Shown piece by piece: positions 37,554 through 50,884 of a stretch of 64,000 nt of DNA. The stretch's first letter is position 1. Every line of letters begins with the position of its first letter. A model generated the notes under the pieces. It had not been told where the DNA came from. It worked only from the letters and a program-made list of their open reading frames with translations, and did not search any database. Made by a program: the position numbers and the translations under genes. The stretch is from Felis catus (taxonomy: Eukaryota), in NCBI RefSeq assembly GCF_018350175.1, contig NC_058368.1:118608001-118672000 (forward strand), written 5' to 3'.

Positions 37554-37628
37554 GGATCAATGAGCAAGGGCTCTACCGAATCGTGGGGGTCAATTCCAGA
37601 GTCCAGAAGCTACTGAGTGTCCTGATGG
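37554..37628 (+). CDS. ARHGAP26: ARHGAP26 coding exon (75 nt, likely exon 14), GINEQGLYRIVGVNSRVQKLLSVLM; arginine-finger codon CGA at 37577-37579
   Basis: tttctttcctcAG acceptor and GTGAGT donor at 37629. Contains the RhoGAP GLYR motif. Phase 1-1. Confidence 0.97.
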
Positions 37629-38483
37629 GTGAGTGCAACAGTGGCTGTGCGAGGCAGGTCCCAGTGAGGTCGAGGGGGCACCTTTGAAAAGTCACTAGTT
37701 GTGTAGGTATGAACAGCCTCTTGGGAAGGAATTGGGTGTCCGGGAGGGAATGCCCAGAAATCAGCTGCCCCACTCACCAGTTGTTAGGGATGTCGGCATT
37801 ACTGGAAGAGGTACTTAGTGGGACTGGACAGAACAAAAAAATGGCAGGTCCAAGGCACCACACCCTCTGTTTATAGACTCAGCCACTGCCAGTCCAAGTG
37901 GTGCTCAGTCACTCATGTGACCACCACACCCTACTGTGTCTTTAATAGCTCATGACTCCCCCTGTCCTTTTTGGAGGCAGGCATTTAGTGGGACACACCC
38001 AATGCCCAAGGAAGGGCATCCTTCTAGCCTGCAGAGGACCTCAGATCTCGTGTTGCCTGTTGCCAAGAAGATGTCACGTGACTGCCACATAACATGTATA
38101 TAAGGAGATAATTCCTGGATCATCTTTGCATCTAGATTTCAACGTAGACTCTTGTCATTTGAACAGCGAAACCTCCCTTACAGCTGGCTGGTATAAAATA
38201 CAAAACCACTATCTTCAAATGTGTAGTGTTTGAATCAAAACCCCATGAGCCCATGAGCCAATTTGCTTAGGCTGCAGATTTCCTTTATTTTTAGATGTGA
38301 ATGCAGCCAGCTTCAGTGAGTCACATGGATTTAAATGGCAAACAGATCAGATTTCACAGATCAGTGGCTATTACTCATCCCCATGGAAGCCCAGCCATGC
38401 ACTTGCAGAGATGGACTATCACTTAGGGTCCCTGCTCATTGTCTGGGCAGGGACCCTTCTCTTGCCAGTATTTGTCTGTCTTG

Positions 38484-38491
38484 TTTTTTTG

Positions 38492-38522
<31 letters not shown>
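38484..38522. repeat. (GTTTT)n repeat
   Basis: Directly visible. Confidence 0.9.
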
Positions 38523-38754
38523 CCAGTTTCTGAAAATAGTTTTCATATGTAAGGAAATCTCCTCTCTCATGTTGACTAGAATGACTCTTCTCTATCTCTT
38601 TTTCTAGAGAGCTCCTTGCCTCTTGTTGGCAGAACCCTGTTGTGTTGCTAGGTACAGTGAGATCTTTTATTTGAAATTATGATTATTGGTGAGGTGCCCT
38701 GCCACTGAGAATCTGGTTCTTGGTTCATATTTGCAGTGGGGATAGTTTTTTAAT

Positions 38755-39360
38755 AAACTAAACTTTTTATTTTGAGATAATTTTACATTTGTATGCAGTA
38801 GAGAGATGTGTACCTTTAACCACTGTCCCCCAGTAGTAACGTCTTGTTACCCTCTAGTAGGAGATCACAACCAGGATATTATATAGTCAAGATGTGGAAC
38901 AGTGTCCTCACCTCAAGGGTCCCTTGTGATGTCCTTTTATGGCCACACACATCTGCCTCACCTGTCACACCTCACTGCTTTCCCTAGCCCCTAGCACCTG
39001 AGAATCTATTTTTCATTTCTTTAATTTTGTTATTTCACGAATACCTGAGTGGATTCATATGTAATCTTTGGGGATTGGCTTTTTTTTAATTATTATTCAG
39101 CATAATACCCTTGAGATAATTTCAAGTTATTGGATCAATACTTGGTTGTTTTTTTTATTGCTGAGTAGTATTCCACTGTAGAAATGTACCCAGTTTGTTT
39201 AACCATGCACCTATTGAGGGACATCTGAGTTGTTTCCAGTGTGGAGAAGTTAGGAATAAAGCTACTGTAAACAGTTGTGCACAGGTCTTAAATGTGAATA
39301 TAAATTTGTTTCTCTGGGTTGACTGCCCGTAAATTTAATTACTGATTGATCATTTGACAG
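38755..39360 (-). mobile_element. Old L1 3' end
   Basis: 'aactttttattttgagataattt...ttttattgctgagtagtattccact...gtttgtttaaccat'. Confidence 0.8.
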
Positions 39361-41574
39361 TTGCTAAGTCCAAGATGGCAGAAGCATAGCAGGATCTGAT
39401 AGCTCCAGTGACATCTTTACCTTTGTTGGCCTTTTCCATTCCTTTATTCTGGCTTCTCGTTATCTCTGATCTCTGCTTGTCTTGGTATCAGCTATGTTGT
39501 CTGTGGGAATGTCCCACGTAGTCCAGTCTCAGCAGTTTTTGAATCTTATATCACTGAAAGAGAGTATCTTTCTTGACAGTTCATTGAGGACTTTGGTTGG
39601 TCAGCATGGGGCATGATTCATTTCTCAATTTCAGGGCAGTCACATGACTTACAGCAGATGGATCCAGATGGCCTGGATCCTGTGCCTCTCTCTGGTGATG
39701 TTGGGGGAGTGTGGCCCAGAGGTGGGGTAGGGAGGGGCTTAGACAGTAGAAGCCCGTGGACCAAGCAGGATAGTTAATAGATTGATGCAGGAGTGCTTTC
39801 CTGAAATAATGTCTGCTGGGTAGATAACAATAAAAGTGTGTCCATTACAGGTTTAACAAGATCAGATTGTAGTTTTAAGAGGGGACTGCTGGCTGCAATG
39901 GGGAGCATATATTTGACCATGGAAAAGCATGGAGGAAGAAAACAGTGGAAATAATTAAGCCTCACATAGCCTATCAGGGATGAACCAAGTAGCTGCTCTG
40001 AAGTTAGGAAAAAAAGGCTCAAATGAAGAGAGAGAATCAGCAGGACTTTGTAACTAACTGGATATGGGGCAGAGAGATTTCATAGATGACAGATTATTAT
40101 GTAAGGTGACACTAGTGAGAAGAAATATGACATTTTAGATGGGTTTGTTAGAAAAAAGAACCACTTTAGCTCGCTTGTGCTAAGCAAAGAGAGGTATGAA
40201 AGGATCTTGTTTTTCTCACTTCTCTTAGTGACTCTCAAACAAGATATTTGTCCTGTTCTCTTCCTCGGTTTTCCTAGGGACAGACAAAATAATCATGAGC
40301 ATCTGAGAAATGTCATGAAAAAATAATAACCAGCAGCTGAAAGTCACAAGGCCAGCTGCCCCTGCCAGGAGCACATTAGACATAGAGTAGAATTCAAACT
40401 GAGGCTCAACCAGAGCTGAGACATGACCCTAATACACGATCTCATCACAAGCGGAGAATGGTGTCAGTGGTTCTCAGTACCAGTGAAGGTGACCAGTTTG
40501 GATCTTGGAAGTGAGGAACCACCTTTTAGACCTGGGAGACTCCAGACCTAAAGGCAGAGCCCTGTCTGCCTTCCGTTTTGTGAACATGCTATCCTCGTCA
40601 TCCATTCTTGGTACGGGTACTAAGCTGGATTAGCCAAGAGTGTGAGATAAATAAGGCTCCTACACTGCAAAACCTCTCCGTGAGATGGCGGGGCAGAGTG
40701 CAAACCACTCATTTTACTACTGCTTTCCTCGGTATTGATTGGATGCCAGGCAATGTGTAAGATATGGAGTATTTTTAAGGTCTCTCACAAGTGCAGCAGT
40801 GAGTTTTTATTATTGAAAGCATGGATTAGAAATAAGGAAAAACAGGATTGTTTGAATCACTTTGAGTTTATGTACTCCTGGTACGCTGAGGGGCTTGAGG
40901 TTGGAAGAGGGATCTTCAGAGCCAGTGCTTTGAGAACTTTTTATTTCTCTTGATGAGGTTTCCTTAAGAGAGCTTGTTGGAATTTCTTGTAGTACGTGTG
41001 GTATAGCCCGGTGCTAGTGTCCTACCAGAGCTACTCTTGATCACGTTCTCCCAGCAGTGAGGGTCCTTAGTCTGTGAAGAGTGAAAAGGTCTAAGGGATA
41101 CTCACAGGTCCTAGAAATAGTCTCTTCCATGTGTGAACTGTTGTTTTCCCCTCTCCCCTGAATGTTAAGACAAATTTTTCCAAATTTTAGCTCAACATTT
41201 TTAAATACAAATCAGCTCTGTGCTTGTTGATCACATGTCTAGTTTCTCTTCCTGTATGTTTCTGTATTAATTTTAAATAATTTTTTCTCATTAAAAATTG
41301 AGTGGTGATTATAGCAAATTTGGAGAGATACAAAAAGTAGAACGAAGAAAATAAAAATCTTGCAGATCAGAACTTCATTGACCATTTTATCATACCTTTA
41401 AAGTATATTCTATAATACAAAATGTTGATAAAGTTGGAATCACACTGTGCATGTATATTGCTTTTTAATAGGCTTTTTCCATGTAACACTACAGTCTCTT
41501 TTCCGATGTTATTCAAGTTCTTCTAGAGTATGATTTCTGAGGGGGGGGGGTAGCATGTATTGTGTAGATCCAAC

Positions 41575-41791
41575 TTTTTTTTTTTTAAGTGTATTGATTT
41601 ATTTTGAGAGAGATGGAGAGAGTGAGTGACGACAGGGGAGGGATAGAGAGAAAGAGAAAGAAAATCCCAAGCAGGTCCCACAATGTCATCACAGAGCCCA
41701 AAGCGGGGCTGGAACCTACGAACTGTGAGATCATGACCTGAGCCAAAACCAAGAGTTGGACGCTTAACCAACTGAACCACCCAGGCACCTC
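41575..41791 (-). mobile_element. CAN-SINE (first of a same-site pair)
   Basis: Flanked by tagatccaactttt (41565) and tagatgcacctttt (41792). Confidence 0.94.
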
Positions 41792-41801
41792 TAGATGCAC
41801 C

Positions 41802-42031
41802 TTTTTTTTTTAAATCTTTATTTTTGAGAGAGAGAGAGAGAGAGAGAGAAGAGAAGAGACATCATGTGAGCAGGGGAGGAACAGAGAGAGAGGGAGACAC
41901 AGAATCCAAAGCAGGCTCCAGGTTCTGAACTCTCAGCACAGAGCCCAATGCGGGGCTCGAACTCATGAACTGTGAGATCATGACCTGAACCAAAGTCAGA
42001 CACTCAACCGACTGAGCCACCCAGGCGCCCC
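41802..42031 (-). mobile_element. CAN-SINE (second of a same-site pair)
   Basis: Flanked by tagatgcacctttt (41792) and tagatgcaactttt (42032). Confidence 0.94.
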
Positions 42032-44174
42032 TAGATGCAACTTTTTAATCAGCCTCCTATTCTTGGATACAAAGGCTGACTGCAATTTTTCATCATTCTA
42101 GAAACTCAGGTCAACATCCCCATTGAGGATGCAGAGGTTAAGAGCATGTATCTCAGAGTTAGACAAGTTGCAGTTGGACTACTTATTCATTTGACTTTAC
42201 ATAAATTATTTAAACCTGTCGACTCTTATTTCTCATCATCTATAATGATAACTCCTGCCTCTGCAATAACGTGAGGATTACACAAAAGATGCTTATGGGT
42301 TGCTGAGTTGAGAGCCTCTGCATGTTAGTAAATAAATGTTGGCTGTTTTTATTTTTAACTTACATATGCATGTTGAATGATTTCCCTAGGACTTAAAGAT
42401 GTTGAACTGCTGGGTCAGGGTATGTACATGTTTTCAAGGCCCTTAACTGATATTCCCGAATTTGCTCTCAGCAGATGGCAGACCGCACCTCCACGTACCT
42501 CACGTCCTTGCCGTACTCGTATTACTTTTTTTTGAATGTAAATTATAAATACAATTTTAATGTATCTCTTTTTTATTTAACTTGGCATTTCTGTAATTCT
42601 GGGTGAAGTTGGGCCTTCCCCTGTGTTTCCTGCAGATTTATATTTCTTTTCTATTGAATTGCCTGTTTTGTGTTCTTAGCCTGCTTTTCTATTGGTGCAT
42701 CCATCTTGTGATGGTAAGAACTTTCTAGATATGGAGGCTATGTCACCAGTATTTTTTTCCCAGATTGTCGTTTATCTTGAACTTTATTCATGGCACTTGT
42801 GGTTTTGTTTTTAGGAATATTTTAAATTTTTAACAAAGCCCAGTCTTTTATGAAATTAGTCCTTTTTCTAGATGAATTTTGCCTTAAAAGATCTCCATTC
42901 TAGGATTACAAAACTTTTTTGTTTTCTTTAAACCCATCAAGAATATATTTATGTAAAATGGAAACTCTCCATTTTCTCAAATACTTACCTGATTGACCAA
43001 TAATCGTATAATGAGAAAATTCTTCCCCCCTCTACTACTTTTACGTATCACCATATAGTCAGTCCTTTATACATTTTGGGGTCTGATGAAGGAGTTTTTA
43101 CACATATTTTTCCAAAGGAAAATAAATTGGTTTTTTTTGTTCATTATCCTGCAATTATCAATCTTTAAAGAAAAAGCTTATCTTAATTATTTTTAATCTT
43201 TCTGAAGTCTGTTTTTCTCCTGATTCTTTATATGTCAGCAAAAATTCTCAAAGTTGTACCCCATATCTGTGTGGAGGGCCATTGCCTATCATGTCGTTCC
43301 TGCAAGTCGATTTTCCTCAGGACTTCACTGAGTTCTGCCTAGTGGATATTCCTCTGGTGACAGGCAGAATGTTGACTGTGAACCTAATTGTGCTGTTGAA
43401 ACTTCATTTCCCTTTTTTTGTGCATCTTGATTAGTATTTCACCATGGTGGTGAAGGAATTCAAATTCTGTGTTGATGTGGGTTTTTTTTTCTTCATTCTG
43501 TAATTTTTTCCTTTTTAACTAATGTCTAAAGCAAGGTTAGTGCTACAGAGAACACCTGGAAGGTGTTAAACTGCAAAGGTTTAAAGCACCAAATTACAAT
43601 AGCATGCGTCACCCACAGATTTCTGATCCCCACCATGAGCTGTCCTTTCTTACTCCTCTGAGATCTTGAATGTCTAGACAGACATTCTTTTTTCTGTGCC
43701 CTTCATTTTCCACGTCCTTGTACAGAGTAGCATAAATAAAACAAGAAAAGACTTCTTTCAGAAGAAATCCTAAATAGGATTCTTTATGTCATTCTTCATG
43801 ACAACTTCTGAGATCTGAAGGCTTGCCTACTAATGATAGGAAACAGCCCCAGACTTTGAAGACTGTAGACTCATGGAAGCAGCAGAGCCATGCAATGCAT
43901 TCCAGTTTTACCCATCAGTAAAGGAGAACAAGACAGATGATGCAGGACTGGGACATTGTAGACTGTTAGGATGAAGGATTGATTGCTATTAACCACAATC
44001 CTGAGTTCTCAGGTAACAGAGAGCCCAGATGCAAGCCCACCTTCCTCTCTGCCCATCCCACCATCACTTGTGCTTATTGGAATGCTGCAGGCAGGTTCTC
44101 AAAAGACAGGGATCTATCACAGTAAGAGCTTTTGGATCTTAGTATAGCAGTGGGTGTGGATACTCTGGATTCTT

Positions 44175-44402
44175 TTTTTTTTTTTAATTTTTTTTTTTAA
44201 TGTGTATTTATTTTTGAGAGAGAGCAAGACAGAGTGTGAGCTGGGGAGGGACAGAGAGACAGGGAGACACAGAATCTGAAGCAGGCTCCAGGCTCTGAGC
44301 TGTCAGCAACAGAGCCAGACTCAGGGCCTGAAGTCACGAACCGTGAGATCATGACCTGAGCCGAAGTCGGATGCTTAATCAACTGAGCCACCTGGGCACC
44401 CC
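44175..44402 (-). mobile_element. CAN-SINE (SINEC)
   Basis: TSD tgg(a/g)tactctggattctt at 44157 and 44403. Confidence 0.95.
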
Positions 44403-44719
44403 TGGGTACTCTGGATTCTTAGGCGCTAGATATAAAAACGTACAAAAAATATGAAAGTTATTAAGATGTATGACTTATATAATCAGAAAATACAAATTTA
44501 CTTATCACGTTGGTACATATTAAATCTAGTCTTGAAAGAATTACCTATAGGATAAATGAAGTCTAATTTACATAGTGGATAGTATATGTTTATAAACTTC
44601 CTTAAAGATGTTGTGGAGATGAAGAATGTGAGAGGCTCGAGAAGATTTTAAAGACAGTGAAGAAAATACAACTAACATTTGTACAAGCAGAGTAAGATCA
44701 CATGATATTTCCTAAGGAA

Positions 44720-46190
44720 TGACAGAAAAATCAGTGGAACAGACAAGAGCATCTAGAAATAGGACCCACACATATAGGGTCAATTGATCTTTTTTGTTTT
44801 TGTTTTTAATTAAAGGAAGCTTAATTTTTTTAATGTTTTTTATTTGGGGGGGAGGGCAGAGAGAGGGGGGGACACAGAATCTAAAGCATGCTCCAGGTTC
44901 TGAGCTGTCAACACAGAGCCTGATGGAGGGCTTGAACTTGAGGACTGTGTGAGATCATGACATGAGCTGAAGTCGGATGCTTAAACCAGCTGAGCCACCC
45001 AGGCACCCCGCTCAGTTGATGTTTGATAAAGCCATCAAGATAATTCAGTGGGGAAAGGATAGTCATTTCAGCGAATGGTACTGGTGGGAGAAAATCCATA
45101 TGGGAGAAAAATAAATGAAATCTTTGTCTTAGACTATATATAAAAATTAACTCAAAATGGATCATATTCCTAACTCGAAGAGCTAAAACTACAAAACTTG
45201 TAGAAGAAAACAGAAAATTTTGGTGACCTTGGTTTAGAAAAGATTTCATAAATAGAATACAAAAAACTGGAAACATAAAAGAAAAAACTTATAAACTAGA
45301 GCCAAATAAAAAACTTAAGCTCTTTAAAAGATATTAAGAAAAAGAAATGGCAAGCTACAGATGAGAAAAGTTTTGCAAGATGTGTATCTGGTAAATGACT
45401 TGTATCCAGATCATATTAAAAATAACTCAAGTAATTGAGTAATAAGAACACAACCAACTCAGTTTTAAAAATGGGTAAAAGATTTGAACACTTTACCAGA
45501 GAAAATTTACAAATGACCAAAAAGTGCAAAAAAAAGATGAGCACCATGATTAGTTCTTAAAGAAAAGGAAATCTAAAACATAAATTATCCTTTCATGCCT
45601 ACTAGAATAGCTAAAATTTCAAAATTAGACACCTGACCATATCACATGCTTATGAAGAGGTTGCTGTAGGAAAGCAAAATGACCCACCTGTTTTGGAGAA
45701 CAATTTAGCGATTCCCGTTGAAGTGAAACGTACTTACTATATGACCTACTCCTACCATTTTTTGCCCAGTTTCACTACTAGGTATTGACCCAAAAGGTGA
45801 AATTATAGTCCATAGAAAGACCTGTATGTAAATATTTATACCAGCTTTGTTCCTAATAGTAAAAACTTGGAAACATACCTAATGTCCATCACCCAATGAA
45901 TGGATGAACAAATAGTGGCATATCTGTAAACTGAATGCTACTCAGTGATGAAAGGATTGAACCACTGGTACGTATAACAGCTCAGATAGATTTCAAAAGT
46001 ATTAGGCTTGGTGAAAGTGGTTGCCAGGGCTGGAGGTGGAGGGAGGGGGTTGATTTACAAGGGCACGGGGGTATTTTGTGGGTGATGGAAATGACTTTTA
46101 TCTTGATTGTGGTCGTTACATGACTGCATACGTTTGTCACAAATGGAAGTGGGTGCTCAAAAAGGGTGAGTATACTCCGTAAATTTCAAA
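44720..46190 (+). mobile_element. Old L1 fragment (3' half of ORF2 plus 3' UTR), interrupted by a SINE
   Basis: 'aaaattaactcaaaatggatcata...aaaaatgggtaaaagatttgaaca...aatgtccatcacccaatgaatggatgaacaaa'. Confidence 0.82.
44791..45009 (-). mobile_element. CAN-SINE (SINEC) within an L1
   Basis: Typical head. Degenerate TSD tca(a/g)ttgat(c/g)ttt. Confidence 0.9.
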
Positions 46191-48045
46191 AACACACATA
46201 GAAGGTTCTTAACCTTCTTCCTCATTAAAAAAGGCAAATTAAAAACATGACCTTTTTGTCCCCACCTCTCAGTTTGGCTAACATCAAAGTTTTGGATGTT
46301 GTTGTCAATGATTTGGGGAAGGAGTCACTCTGAAATCTCATGGGACAGCCTCTGAGGGTAGTTGAGGAAGATCTTTCACATTTAAAAACTGGAAATTTCA
46401 CATTCTTGAACTGGAAATTTCACTTGTAGGATTTTTTTTCCTAAATGTAAGACAGGTACAAGGAAACAGTAGTTGATATCGCTGTTTCTCATAGCAAAAC
46501 CCAGGGAACAGCCTCATTTGCCTCACAGAGGATATCAGCTGTGGTGCAGGGACAGGCTGTGAGGTAGATAAATTTATGTGCCAATAAGCAACAATTTCTT
46601 GATTCTGTTAAATGAACATAGTGTACAAAGTGACATGTACAGTGTACTTCTGTTTGTTTTTAAAAAGCTGTAGGTATTTATACGTGCGCTTGTGTGTGCA
46701 TACACTGTTAGAGATATTGGAGCTGATGAGGATGACATTTCTGAGACAATTTCTGCTTGTAACCACTGCTTCCAGTCTGTCTCCTATTTTTCTCAATTCA
46801 CGTGGTAGTAGGTTCAGGAAGAAATACTCATGTTTCACTTTACCCAGAGGCTGCCTTTCTGTACCTTGGTCTCCTCCTCTAGCTCAGGTCCGTTTACCAT
46901 GCATTGCAGTGGTGAGGTCGCATGGTGGAGAGACATGTACTGAGTTCAGAAAAAAAGTATAATTACGTCCTTGGCTCATATTCGGATGCCACCAGGAAGC
47001 TCTGCTAGGTGAAGGGGGAGCATCGGTAAGGGAGGTGTGGAAATTGGCAGCACTTTCTGAAAACGAGGTGGTTTGGGAGGCTGTCTTCAATTTAGTTTGG
47101 ATATTAAATTAAAATGGACATCCTCAAGTTATGAGCCTTCCCTCTTCGGTGCTATAAAAAGCCCTTTAGCCGGGCTGTAATTTGACTCTCCTCTCTGTAA
47201 TGTTACACAATATTCCTATGGTTACAGAGCCCGAATAAGTGGAAGCTAATCATTAGTTTGCTAAATGTGGTCCCATGGAACAGTTCATAACTCCCAGACC
47301 TGCCAGCTGCTGCTCGTTTAGTGTCGTGCTCTCTCCTTGGGTAGAAGTTGGTTTGTTCCTGCGAATAATGTACAGTAACAGTTGTCTCGCATCCAGGAGC
47401 CGTGCGCTATGGCAGCCCTCCATGTGGCTCAGGGATGGGGATGGGAAAAAGGTCAGGCTAAGCAGAGTTTTTTGGTACATACTCTTCCACAGGAAGAAAC
47501 CATTAAGGGAGTAAGAGATGACAAAGCAAGAAAAGAATTAAAGCGGCAGACGTTTTGGACATTGGGGTTCACTTTTCAGAAATTTGCTGTGATAGAACTC
47601 TGGAGTTGACTGTTCTGTGACCTTAGAAATAAAATTGCGCTCTCTAGGTTGTTCAGTGTTTGTTCCGTGTGGCAAGACAGACTTCATTAATGCCCAGGGT
47701 CACCTGCAAAGGCGCGTGCTGCCTTTAAGGGCCAAAGAGTTGATAAGCTGGGGTCTTTTCTATCTCATCTAATATGTATCAGGGGAACATACTGAGAGCA
47801 GTCAGTACTGGCTGGATTTGTGCCCTTTCCTGGGGATTAGAGCCTAAATCCTTAATCTACTCATGATTATTTGGCCCTTCCTACTAGAATGAAAGTGGGT
47901 TCTTTCCCAGTAAATGGAAAATCCATTGTGCCCACCTGTGACTCATTCCTCCTTCCAGCTGAATGGCTGTTGACTCTGTAGGAGAAATCTCTTTTTCCTT
48001 TGAGACTGTCGAAAAAGAGTCCAGTGGCTGTCTCTGCTCACCTGC

Positions 48046-48585
48046 TGTATCATTTAGGTCTCTTTGGATTATTCAAAAAAACAAACCAAACAAACAAACA
48101 AAAAAACAAAAACCTGACCTTCCCTGGCTTAAGGAAAAAGGGAATTTATTGGCTCATATGACTAAAAAAGTATGGCGATATATACAGACTCCACCCAAAT
48201 CATCCAGACCACCTGTCTCTGCTTCTCTCGTCTCTGGCTTCGTCTGTCAGAGTTGACTCTGAGGATCTAGATGGTGACACCTAGCACAGTTGGATAACCT
48301 TGCAGGTAGAAGACCAACAGGGAATAGCAGACAGGCTTCCCCTTGTCTTCCAGAAAGGTCCTGAAGTTCATTCTGATGCAGCTGGCTTAAGTATGAACCA
48401 GCCATGAGGCCAGAGAGATGCTGGGATTTGATTGGTCTGTCTAAATCTTATCCTGAAGCTCCCTGGAAGCTGGAGCCTTCCCCCAGGCACGTGCACTAGG
48501 AACCAGAGAAGAATAACAGCATGATGGAACATGAGGCACTGTGCAAAAGGAAACAGGAGCGAGCATTGGGAGGCAAATCACTAAC
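48046..48585. mobile_element. MLT1-like (MaLR) solo LTR
   Basis: 'tgtatcatttagg...ggcttaaggaaaaagggaatttattggctcatatgact...tttgattggtc' resembles an old MLT1. Confidence 0.6.
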
Positions 48586-48929
48586 TAGTCTTGCGTATGA
48601 GGAAGCTGGATTCTGTCTTCAGTTTCCTGAAAGACATCACTTCTGACCACGTCAACAGTAGTAAGGTGGGGCCCTATTGGTTTGTGAAATCATTCATACT
48701 CCCCAGCCTCTGCCTCTTATTTTTATTTACCTATGGGCTTCCCAGGAAGACTAACCATAGGAGTGGTCCCTCCCTTAATAATACATGCTCCTTTAATATA
48801 CACACCTTGATTTACTAGTCTACACAAGAGGAGACAAGAAATGATAAGGATCCATTGTAATTATGGTGGTCCCCATTGCACTTCTTGGCTTACGGTGGTT
48901 AAAAAAGTACTTATAAAAGTAATGGAATA

Positions 48930-49727
48930 CCACTTTCTTACACCAGACACAAAAATAAACTCAAAATGGATGAAAGACCTAAATGTAAGACAGGAAGCCA
49001 TCAAAATCCTCAAGGAGAAAACAGGCAAAAACCTCTTTGATCTTGGCCATAGCAACTTCTTAACACGTCTCTGGAGGCAAGGGAAACAAAAACAAAAATG
49101 AACTATTGGGACATCATCAAAATAAAAAGCTTCTGCACAGCGAGGGAAACAAGCAGCAAAACTAAAAGGCAACCAACAAAATGGAAGAAGATATTTGCAA
49201 ATGACATATCAGACAAATGATTAGAATCTATAAAGAACTTATGAAACTCAACACCCAAAACACAAAGAATCCAGTGAAGAAATGGGCAAAAGACACGAAT
49301 AGACACTTCTCCAAAGAAGACATACAGATGGCCACCCGACACATGAAAAAATGCTCAACATCACTCATCATCAGGGAAATACAAATCAAAACCACAATGA
49401 GATACCACCTCACACCTGTCAGAATGGCTCACATTAACAACTCAGGCAACAATAGATGTTGGTGAGGATGCGGAGAAAGAGGATCTCTTTTGCACTGCTG
49501 GTGGGAATGCAAACTGGTGCAGCCACTCTGGAAAACAGTATGGAGGTTCCTCAAAAAATTAAAGTAGAACTACCCTATTACCCAGCTATTGCACTAGTAG
49601 GTATTTATCCAAGGGATACAGGTGTGCTGTTTTGAAGGGACACATGCACCCCCATGTTTATAGCAGCACTATCCACAATAGCCAAAGTATGGAAAGAGCC
49701 CAAATGTCCATCGATGGATGAATGGAT

Positions 49728-49767
<40 letters not shown>

Positions 49768-50154
49768 CACACACACACACAATGGAGTATTACTCGGCAA
49801 TCAAAAAGAATGGAATCTTGCCATTTACAACTACGTGGATGGAACTGGAGGGTATTATGCTAAGTGAAATTAGTGAGAGAAATACAAAAGTCATATGACT
49901 TCACTCATATGAGGACTTTAAGAGACAAAACAGATGAACATAAGGGAAGAGAAACAAAAACAATATAAAAATAGGAAGGGGGACAAAACATGAGACTCAT
50001 AAATGTGGAGAAAAACTGAGGGTTACTGGAGGGGTTGTGGGGGGGGTGGGCTAAATGGGTAAGGGGCACTAAGGAATCTACTCCTGAAATCATTGTTGCA
50101 CTATATGCTAACTAATTTGGGTATAAATTTTTAAAAATAAAAAATAAAATAAAA
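48930..50154 (+). mobile_element. 5'-truncated, relatively young felid-type L1 (~1.2 kb; disrupted ORF2 C-terminus, 3' UTR, A tail)
   Basis: ORF2 peptides ([32 protein letters not shown]) with frameshifts and stops. Perfect 15-bp TSD aaaagtaatggaata at 48915 and 50155. Confidence 0.95.
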
Positions 50155-50884
50155 AAAAGTAATGGAATAAAGTCATAGTATAGAAAATATAAAAACGATT
50201 ATAGTTCTAACACTTTAACCCAATTACTATTTTAATTTTAGAGTATTTCCTTTTAGCCTTTATTCATATAAGTTTCTTACAAACTTTTAAATCTTGGTGT
50301 GTTTTTTTGTTTTTGTTTTTTTGTGTTTTGCTTGATATTGCATGATAAGCTAGGCATTGTCCATAGTGTTACATGGTTAGCATTATCATGTAAATGCAAC
50401 ATAATATTCCATCGGGGAGACATGCCAAAATTAATCATTCTTCCATCATTGAACATTTAGGTTATCTCCTTTTAAATTTTTTCCTGCTGTTGAAAAGCAT
50501 TAGTGTGTATTGAACATTTCTGGGGTATGTAACTTAAATCTTGCTTTATCTTATTTCCTGAGGCCAGATTGTGAGAAGTGGGATTACAGCTTCAAAGGGT
50601 ATAAACATTTTTATGACTCGATACATATTGCCAAATTGGTTTTCAAAACGATTGCATTTTATCTCTTCTGCCTCCAGCAATTTATGAGAGGATCATTTCA
50701 CTGCATTTTTGCTGTCCATAGACATTTGCATTTTTAACCATGTTCTTAGCCCACAAAAAAATAGGTGCTGTTTTGGTTTTAATTTGGATTTCTTTGGTTA
50801 ATAGGGAAGCTGAATGTTTTTAGTATTCTTGTGTTTAGCTGTATTTTCTGCTCCTCTTTACATATGGTCTTTTCTTCTTTTCAG

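Noticed and set aside
48841..49863. ORFs resembling the L1 ORF2 C-terminus
   Set aside because: Fragments of a 5'-truncated L1 with frameshifts and stops; not an intact gene.
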